Shown piece by piece: positions 9,397 to 19,300 of a stretch of 64,000 nucleotides of DNA (its first letter is position 1; every line of letters starts with the position of its first letter). The position numbers and the translations under genes are program-made. Below the pieces are notes generated by a model. That model worked only from the letters and a program-made list of their open reading frames with translations, had not been told where the DNA came from and did not search any database. The DNA lies in NCBI GenBank assembly GCA_041661745.1, contig JBAZTR010000002.1:4368-68367 (forward strand). Direction: 5' to 3'. Origin of the DNA: Patescibacteria group bacterium (GTDB taxonomy: Bacteria > Patescibacteriota > Patescibacteriia > UBA9934 > GWF2-40-263).

Positions 9397-10296
9397 TTAT
9401 AATTTTCCCGGACCCAAAGGATTATAACCACTTTCCAATTCGTCTTTGTCGCTATAACCGTCACCGTCAGTATCAACTTTAGACGGATCAGTGTGATAAA
9501 GATTATATTCGTCGGCATCGGATAAACCATCGCCATCCGAATCAAGACTGGTATCACTCGAACCAAGCGAAGCTTCTAACTCAGCATTCAAGTCATCGTG
9601 ATCACGATCGCCGGAACCAACCGTATCAAGACAAGTCCCTTGGTCACCACTGTCGGATAAAGCCGCGCAGCGATCAGGATCTTCGCTGGCTACTGCTTCG
9701 GCTAAATTTTTCTGCTGATCGCAAACTGTCTGATCAACTCCAGTACCAGAACAGCCTTTGGTTTTAGCGATTTCTTCAGACAAAGTACTGACACAACGTT
9801 CTCTGGTTATATCGCCGGAAATTTGCTCACACCGAGAAATATCTAAATCCCGTAAAGCTAAGGCGCGATAAACTGAATCAGCACATTCTTTTTGAGTTTC
9901 GTTATCATCAATTAAATCGCAAGCAGCCGCTTGGTAACTTTCCCGGGCAACTTTCCACACACAAGAAATCATAGCTTGGCCTTCCAGTTCAGTACAAACT
10001 TCGGCCACCCCATTATTTTGGGCGGCCGCCTCAATCAAAGTAGCCCGGCAGGCCTCGGGGTTTCTTTCTTCGTCACACGTGGACAAGGCTTGGTTTAATT
10101 CTTGTTCAGCTAAAAGCGCGGCGGCCTCATTTTGCGTCGCTTGGTTTCGGTTTTGTACTAACCAACTTACACCCATAATTATCGCGGCAATTAAAACCAC
10201 GGCCACGGTAATAATTATGATTAGCTTCCAAGTTACTTTTGGCTTACTCGGCATTTCGTAACTAGGTGGGGTTTGGTAATAGGAGGGGGTATCCAT
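9397..10296 (-). CDS. hypothetical single-pass membrane protein with a Cys-rich ectodomain and C-terminal Ca-binding DxDxDG repeats; paralog 3 of 3
   Basis: TM helix LIIIITVAVVLIAAIIMGV. Multiple Cys in a helical region. Ends DSDGDGLSDADEYNLYHTDPSKVDTDGDGYSDKDELESGYNPLGPGKL, the same terminal motif as paralog 2. Confidence 0.6.
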   Translation of the reverse strand: MDTPSYYQTPPSYEMPSKPKVTWKLIIIITVAVVLIAAIIMGVSWLVQNRNQATQNEAAALLAEQELNQALSTCDEERNPEACRATLIEAAAQNNGVAEVCTELEGQAMISCVWKVARESYQAAACDLIDDNETQKECADSVYRALALRDLDISRCEQISGDITRERCVSTLSEEIAKTKGCSGTGVDQTVCDQQKNLAEAVASEDPDRCAALSDSGDQGTCLDTVGSGDRDHDDLNAELEASLGSSDTSLDSDGDGLSDADEYNLYHTDPSKVDTDGDGYSDKDELESGYNPLGPGKL

Positions 10297-10304
10297 AGAA
10301 TATT

Positions 10305-13300
10305 TTACGGGAAGAACATGTCTTCAATTGATGACGAATCGCAATCATCGCCACAGGTATTAGCTACACAAGTCCCAGCTGTAGTTCCCCACACACCACT
10401 AGTTACACCGCAATAAAGGCTGGCCGACGACGAACCAACAACACATAGTCTATTTGTGTAGTCATAAAGAACTGGTGGCAAAATAAGTCTACGTGATCCA
10501 CCATCACAAATTCCCAAATCATCAGCGGCCATGGCAGAATAACCAGGGCCAAACAAAGAACAATCGCAAGTAGCTGTGTCAGTACAACTGGAAGCAAGTT
10601 TAATAACACGCGAGGCTGGATTAGTGGCACCTCTAACGCAATAAATATCCTCAAAAGCTGTTTCGTCACAAGACTCGCCACCGTCTATTATACTATCGCC
10701 GCAGACCGGCAAATAAGCCGACAGTGTATCGGTAGAACAAGTGCCATCACAAGTATTTGCCTTGCAGACTCCAGCATCGGCCCCAGAGCCGCACATTGCC
10801 TCGGACCACGAAGTTGACGTATAGCAAACCGCGCTATCAAAATCATAACCACCGGTTGTTCCGCCACTACAAATGCCCAGAATGTTTCCATAATTTTCGG
10901 CATAACCGGCGTCACAACCAGTATCTGATCCAAGAGCATAAATATCTCGCAGGCTTGGATCTTCATCAAAGTTAACGCAATATTTTGGAAAATCTCCCCC
11001 GTCACAATATTCACCGTCGGCCGTATCAATTCCACCATCACCGCAACCGGAATCGCAGGCATCACCGATTCCGTCACTGTCAGCATCGGCCTGACTAACA
11101 TTAACAACACTCGGACAATTATCTTCCACGTCAACAATTCCATCACCATCAGTATCAGCTAAAGTTTCGCCGCCGCCGACCGAGCCGACCGAGCCGGCCG
11201 CCCCCTCACAAACATCACCAATTTCGTTTAAGTTTGCGTCTGCTTGATCTTCGTTAGCATCGTTCGGACAATTATCATTAAAATCAAGAACGCCGTCACC
11301 GTCTGAATCTATAGTCGAAGACGCCCCGGTTCCAACACTAGCCGAGCTGGCCGGACAATAGGAAAGTTTAATATCACTAATATTCACGGTTCCTTCGCCG
11401 CTGAAAGAAATACGGAAAGGAATATTCCATTCGTTCTCTGTGTCACAGCCGAAGCCCTCGGGAAATGGAATAACAACATCATCGCCATCAAAAACTTCAT
11501 CCGAAGTCAAAGTGGTTTCTCCGGCAAAGTCAGTGGTGAAAGTCATGGTCAAACCAATAATACTGTCGGCGATTTGTTGATACATTTCGTCGAGGTCATC
11601 GGAGGAGCTGGCACTAAAAGCATATTCGATATCATCAGTTACCGAACAGTCGGCGACATTGCTATAAGCAGTTTCGGACGGATCGTTCTCGAGACAAGAA
11701 TCAGACGACCAATGGGCCATTTTACCAATAAGCGCATCAGTGGTCATGAGTGCTGCGGTATAAATTTCAATACCGTTAGCAATCGCCGCATTTCTAATGT
11801 CTTGAATTTCTTCGTAATATTTATAAGCCGAGGTATAGGTACTGCTATCAATAAGAACGTTTGGATCCCCATCACTTAAAAGAATAATGATTTGATCATC
11901 AGCCTCACTATCCTCAAGTATATTTGCCGCGCACTGCAAACCGGCCGATAAAGGTGTACTACCTCCAGTTCTTGTTGAATAACTTTCCACACTGTATTCA
12001 CCATAAATCAACTGTGATTCGTTTGTTGTTAAATCGCTATCAATCCAAGCCAATCCAGTCGTTCCGGCGGAATTGGTTATGCAAGCATCGGCCAAAGTGA
12101 TTGCTCCATCGTTATTATGATCCGAGCCATCTTCTAAAGTATTGGTAAAGCTAACCAAACCAATTTGCAAATTACTATAATCATCAAAGGCATTAAATAG
12201 TTCTTGAATAGCTGACGAGATTGAATTAACCGTTGCTTCAATCTTTGTCGAAGACATGCTTCCCGATAAATCAGTCACAAAAACAATATCAACATCCAGC
12301 GGAATAATATTAGTTGTGTCGATATCGGCCGTCAGTGATGTGCCGACCGAACAGGCTGGTAAGAAAATAGAAGCCGTGTCAGGACTATCTCCCGAATTAT
12401 AACTGTAAAGATCAGCCGAGGTTTCTTCAGTTGCTCCGGCCAATTCGGTTTGAATGGAAACCGAAGTCGTTGAATAGGAAAAAGGACAGGTGGCACTGCA
12501 AGTGGCCCCGCAGTCGGCAACCATACAAGTTCCACCGCTAGAATCAATTCCGCAGTCATAGCCGGAAGAGCCAGTCCCGGCGACACATGGTGCGCCGTTG
12601 TAATCATAATAACCGTCTAATGTACAAATAAAATCGCCACAGACAGACGCTTGACGCCAGCCGCCATTACAAACACCGACCTGTTCCAAACAGTGGTAAT
12701 TATTATCCGTATCGCAGTCGGCGTCAGTTTCACAAGCCGAAGTCGAGATTCCGCGCTCGTCGGGATTTGTCCCAGCCAAATAACAATACTTTGGCAAATC
12801 CGAACCATCACAGAATTCACCGGTTTGCATTACCCCGTCACCACAATAAGAACCGGACATCGTAGTGTATTGGCAATTAACATTACAATAATTACAGGTG
12901 CCACTATAATCAGGTGAACAAACCGTGCCGTTTTCCAATCCATCGTCGCAAGTTTCATGGCCGGCATAAACCGCATCATCACCACAAATATTAAATTTAC
13001 ATTCCGCAGTACAGTCGTCGGTATTATCGTCGTTGCCATCATCACATTCTTCATCACCTTCAACACTGCCGTTGCCGCAAATTTGCGTGCCACCCAAACA
13101 AGCACTCCAGGTGTTCCAACCACAAGCGCCGCCAGTGCCATCGTCACAAGTTCGATAACGAGAAAGTTGATATTCAAAAGACGTCTTGCAGTCGCCGCCT
13201 CCGGTACAATCAGCGTCTTCACTACATTCTTCATTGTCACGATCGCCGCCATCACAAACCGCAGAAATCGGACAAGCAGCATAAACTGTGCCGCAATCGG

Positions 13301-16300
13301 TTTCATCACAATCAGCATCGGTTGTACAGGTCGCATAATTATCAGCTGCGCCGCACAAAGCCCCATTCCATGCTTCACTATTACCATCACATGATTCATC
13401 GCTATTCACTTCCCCATCGCCGCAAGACGGCCCGGGATAAGAGCAGTCGTAGGCGCAAGTGTGTGCCGCGTCAGCATCGTAAATGCCGTTAGCGTCCGCG
13501 CAAGAATTAATTGTTGACCAACTGGAAGTATCGGCGTGGACATCGGTCCAATTGGCAGTTGAACCGCAATCACATTCTTCGCCGCCGGCTAAATAACCAT
13601 CACCGCAATACCAGGCGTTATCCAAACCACAGTCACTGTCACAATATCCGTATTCTCCATTATTTGTTCCGTCATCGCAAGTTTCACCAGGATCAAGAAC
13701 ACCATTGCCACATTCATAAGGTGAACAAGAGCCACCAGCTGCTTCGGCTTCGGATTCATCCATGTAATCAGAACAATCAGAAAGACACGGAGCGTCCATT
13801 GTCCCATTGTTATCATCGATGCCGTCGTCGTCGCTATCGTAGGTACAAGAAATTGTGTCGGTATTACCTAATTCACAAATTTCACTTAAACCACGCACGC
13901 CATCACCGCAACGTGTCGAGGTTCCCAAATTTGAACCATTACAGAACTCACTATCAATTCTAAACCCATTTGCCACGTCTTCCGCATTGGCAAACTCCGC
14001 ATAAACAGTGGCATTATCAGTTGAATCGTCATCAATCGGATAAGCCCAATAATCACCAGGGGAATCTTCAAGTTGCACTGAAAGAATATATTCCTCACCG
14101 CCAATACTTTGATAAAGATAGGTATTAGAATCTTCGCTGCAAGAAAAAGTGCCGGCCGTTGAATCCCAACAATAAGTTTGATCAGTATAACCGGGACAAT
14201 AGAATTCGTTTAGAGGATCAGTAGGAATAGCTGTACCAAGGGCATTACCCAACTCAGCGTTCCATGATGGCCAAGTACTGGTGGAGAAAGCGGAAAGAAA
14301 TGTCCCGCTTTGAATTTCTGGCACTTCGGCCATACAGGTTTCATCATCGCCCGGACAATCATCATCCTCACTGCAATCCTGGCCTTTTGTTACCGAGCAG
14401 TGACGATTTTCTTCGCCGTAAGCGGCCAAGTCAGAGGCAATTTTACGAGCATCGGTTAAGCGTACCATGTTGCGACGCAGTTTTCCTTTTTCCGCATCAC
14501 AGAAAGCCGAAGCGTCGCTTAATTCACTAATACAATCCAAATTAGAAACACACGAAACATAATCACCTTCGGCGTTAACCGCGTAATCTCCGTCTGAAAC
14601 ACAGACATTAATGTCACTTACTTCAAGATCGCCAGAACTATTAAGACCGGCATTAAATTTCCAGTTCTCTAAAACCTGTTCAACAATGGCATCAGTTTCT
14701 TCACCAGCTCCTTCGTTATAAGAAATTACATAAATATTCGGATAATTGGTGACACTTGAAGAACTGTAATTAGCCGCTGAAACATAATAAGTATTACCGT
14801 CCTGAACCGCCTCATAGCCGTCCACTGTCGTTTCACTAGGTGAACCGGAAAAACCTTGAACATCAAACCAGGCCGATGGTGAAAGATAGTCCTCGTTGGA
14901 GAAAACCCGGACACCGATAGCGTCGCTGGTGCCATCAATTAAAAAGAGTCGCTCTTGAAGAATGTCCACGCCGCTCGGGGTAACCGGCGGTTCAACTTCG
15001 ATAAGCTCTGGTAAATTATCGCTTCCCTCTTGGTCGCGACAATAATAAAAGGAGAAATTAGAATAATCTTCAAGATACGGGAAAGCGGCGGTCATCGGAT
15101 TTGGCCACAAGGTTTCGCACATGTTCGCCTCCAGTTCAGCCGAACCGGTTACAATTGTGCCGTCAGAAACCACTGTGGCCGAGGCCGAGGCTAATTCCTC
15201 ACCGTTCACTCCCGAGGAGGTGACGGTGGTTGTTACATCATCGACATTGATCACTTCAATTACTGTCTCGGCCGACTCGTCGCCCCAACCCCAAGTCCAT
15301 GAGTAGTCATCGATTTCTTGAATTTCTTCGGCCGAAGCACCATCTAAAGTATAAGACGCGGCCAAAAGTGTGTGTTCTTCACCGGATTCGGTAAACAAGT
15401 ACGCACTCGGCTCGTCAAAAATATCCTTCAATTCGGTTTTACCAGTATCTTCAACGGAAACCATTTCCAAAGCGCAAATTTCCGTACCAACTTCAAAATT
15501 AACAATTTCACCATCGTAAATCGCCACGCCGTTGGTATTAACAACCCCTTCAACAATATTATCTAGTGGGTCACCGGCTGACTCGCCTAAAGCCACCAAA
15601 TTATAAGTTCCACTTTCAAGAGCCTGAGAAAAATCAAGATCAATTCTTGAACCATCACCAAGCTCGGATAAAGTATAAGAAACCGGAACAAGACATGCAC
15701 CAAACGTCTCCGCGTGAACCCCAAGAATTCTCAAAACGTTTTGAGCCAGCCATCCCCAAGCCCGGGAAAATAAATTATCACCCGAATCGTTGCGAGCAAT
15801 CAGCAAAGTAGTATAAGTGGTTGGACAGTTTGTTTCGTCGACAGCAATAGCAGTTGGTCCGGTGCCGATAGAAACAAATTCCAAATACAAAGCTCGTGAA
15901 TCATTTAGTCCGCCAGCGTCCATGGTTTGATCAAAATCCATGTAAACTGAAGTATTGCGACACACACCAGTTGACCCGGCAACCGGGTAATAGTCAGTAA
16001 TGGCCGGGCGTTTAAAACAACAAGCGGCATCGCCACATCCATAAGTTATACCACTGGTGTCACAGTTATAATCAGAGACACATGAACATTCCAGAGTGAA
16101 AGTCGCTGACCCCTCAGCCTCACTTGAACCCTCGGTCGCCACAATAGATGTAATGGCAATATTTTCACCGGAAGCCAAAACTTCTTGTGGTGCTTCTTCG
16201 GAAATTTCAGCAATGGTAAATGGGGCAACGCTGGTCACCCCGCTCGCTTCACACTCCTCACCAGCCTCGGTTTCTAAATCAAGGTCACCGCAAATTGAAC

Positions 16301-19300
16301 CATAATCTTCGTCCGATCCTTCACTCAAGCAAAGAGATGAACAACCGTCGTCATCGGTGGTATTGCCATCATCACAATCTTCGCCGGTTCCGATTTCACC
16401 ATCGCCACAAGCTGAAGGAATAGAGTAAGACGATGACGAACCTTCGTTTAGGCAAGACGACGAACACCCATCGCCATCGGTGGTGTTGCCGTCATCGCAA
16501 TCTTCGCCGTGTTCCGGGTCACTGCCATTGCCGCAGACACCATAAAAATTATCAATCGTTTCAGAACCTTCATTCAGACAATTGGCTGAGCAGTTATAAG
16601 CGGCTTTATCTTCACCGTAATCACACTCTTCCCCGCCAATCATATTGCTGTGAGCCACGAGACCGTCACCACAATCATATCCCAGGGATGAAGCCCCTTC
16701 GTTCAAACAAATAGACGAACAACCGTCATTGTTTGAAGTATTACCTAATTCGTCGCATTCCTCACCGATTCCTACTGCGCCATCACCGCAAACCGAAGGA
16801 GTACTGTAACTTCCACCGGAACCCAAACGAAGACAAGAAGAAGAACAGCCTTCCGTACCATCACAATCCTCCCCAAAGTCAATTTCACCATCACCACAAA
16901 CAGCTATCGGAGTTTCGGTTCCAATATGCAAACAATCTAAAGAACAACCATCGGCTAAATTATTAGAAATCATGATTGCCCCGCCACCAACCAAGTCGGC
17001 AATATTAGCCGTTGGCAATTCATCAGTTTCATCAATGGCCACCCAGGTTTCCCAGGTGTAGCCAGCGGCTATTAGTCGTTGGCCTTCGGCTGAACAGGCA
17101 TCGGGTGAGCCGTACGGCACAGCCGTAAAACGTTGAATTGTCCCAACCCGAGTGGCTGTGGCTTCGTTTGGTTCAACTTCTACTCGATCGACAGTACAAG
17201 CCTCAGCTTTAGTCGTAAAGGTCCATGACAAATCACCGTACCAAGCCAGGTCACCGGCCGCTTCACTTAACAACGAACCGCTCTCTGATTCAGCTTCACC
17301 AGAAATGATCACGCGATAAGAAGTATCAATCAACAAATTTCCGGGCGGAACAATTGTCAGTATGTCAGTTTCGTCATCGTAACTCGAGGCGACTGAACTA
17401 ATTTCTACTAGTTCATCAGGGGCACAACCTGGATCCTCGCAACTAAACAATCTAACTATTTGTTCACCACCACTATCCGTTCCGGAAAAAGTTCCGGCGG
17501 CCATTGGAATATTAAAAGTTGCGCCGATTTCCGCATCCAGGCAAGCTTCGGTACAACTCGGCCAGTAATCAGTAATTTTTGGATCAGTAAAGCTGATGGT
17601 TAAATATCCGTCATCACTGACACTGTAACCATCGGGCTGAGCATTAATCGCAACCGGGCCATCGGTGCCGGTTTCTTCCTCGGCTATAACCATCGCCCCA
17701 CAGCCGACAACACTACCAACACTTGCCTTACTCGAATCGCTGGAAGAAAAATTCCAGGTGTAAGGTGAACAGTCTAAAACCGTGCACTGATATTCCGAAC
17801 TGGTCGGCGCAGCACTATAAGCAATTTCCTCGTTTTGTATGTTTGAAGTCTTTTCGCCTGGCGAAACAATAACTCCACCAATTTCACAAGCGTCTCCAGA
17901 AGCCGCAGTTTCAAATTCCCAAATAACGTCTTCAAGCATTACTAAACCTTCGATACTTTGTATTGTTCCGACCTCACCACCATAAACGGTCACGCGATAT
18001 CGAGTATCGGCGGCCCAATCAGACGCGGGTATCCAGGTAAAACCACTTTCATTATAAGAAGTCGGCGAACTTTCCATTTCCACAGCCGCGGTGTCCGAAC
18101 AGGTTTTATCAGTACACTGCTCTACCAAAAAGCCGGCAGTTGAATATGAAAGCGCGTCCATGTCTTCGGTGAAACTGACACTTAAAGCCGCGTTAGAACA
18201 AATCTTTGTTCCGCCATCCCAACCTTCCCAAGGTGTCGGGGAAACCCATGTTTCATCACACTCAATGCGAACATCTGGCGCTTCAGGAATATCACCGGTG
18301 GAAAAATAATAGGCGTAATGTGAAACAGTCTCAGGGTCAACGCATTCCGTTGCTGAACAAGCCCCACTAGCACAACAAGTTTCACCCGAGCCGCAAGAAA
18401 AATCAACGTTACAAACGCCAACAGTAAAATTAACTTTGTTGGATTTCTGAGCATCACTGTCAATTACAATAACCGGACCACTGTTTGTGTCAGCAGGAAC
18501 AACCACGCCGGTTGTTTCACCAATTGCTCCACTCGTCCAATCATCAGTTGTGGCTGTTTGATCATTGAAAAAAGAAATCGAGCCGACCGTGGTACCAAAC
18601 CCCTCACCATATAAAGTAACCGCTGTGCCGACCGGACCGGAATTGGGAACAATGGCACAAAATCCGGGGGCCGCTTCGCCAGTAGTCACAACAAAGTTAA
18701 CTGCTTCGGATTTTAAACCATCTTCGGCCCGCTGTATGTATAAATCATGAGTAATCGCATCAACCGAATTGGTGTTGCTGTATTTCGCGGGAACTTTAAT
18801 AATAATTTCAGTATCACTCCAAAAACTGTCTTCGCATTCATCGGGAAAATTTGTGTCGCCTAAAGCTTCGTAATCTGTGCTTTGGCTAACAAACCGAACC
18901 GTTCCTTCGCTGGTACCAAAACCAGAACCATAAATGGTTAAATATTGGCCAATCGGGCCTTCTTCAGGATCAACCTGACTAATTACCGGAAGTTCCTCCT
19001 CAGTAACCGAAGTGGTAACAAATTGGAGTTCGTTAGAGCCCTCACGAGCATCGCCACTGCCGGTAAACAATTGAATATCGAAAATTCCGGCATCCAATAA
19101 CGGCGACACGGCCCCGAAAGATGTTGTTGACCAATCGCTGTAACTGGCCGCTTCATAAGAATCAAAATAAAGCGTAGCGTCAGTGCTTGATTCCCCAAGG
19201 TTAATACCGTGAAGTGTAACGGCAGAGCCAGCCTCGCCGCTTTCCGGATCAATAGAACAAAGGCCGGGGCGAACTGTTTCATTAACTTCAAAGTCGCTGA

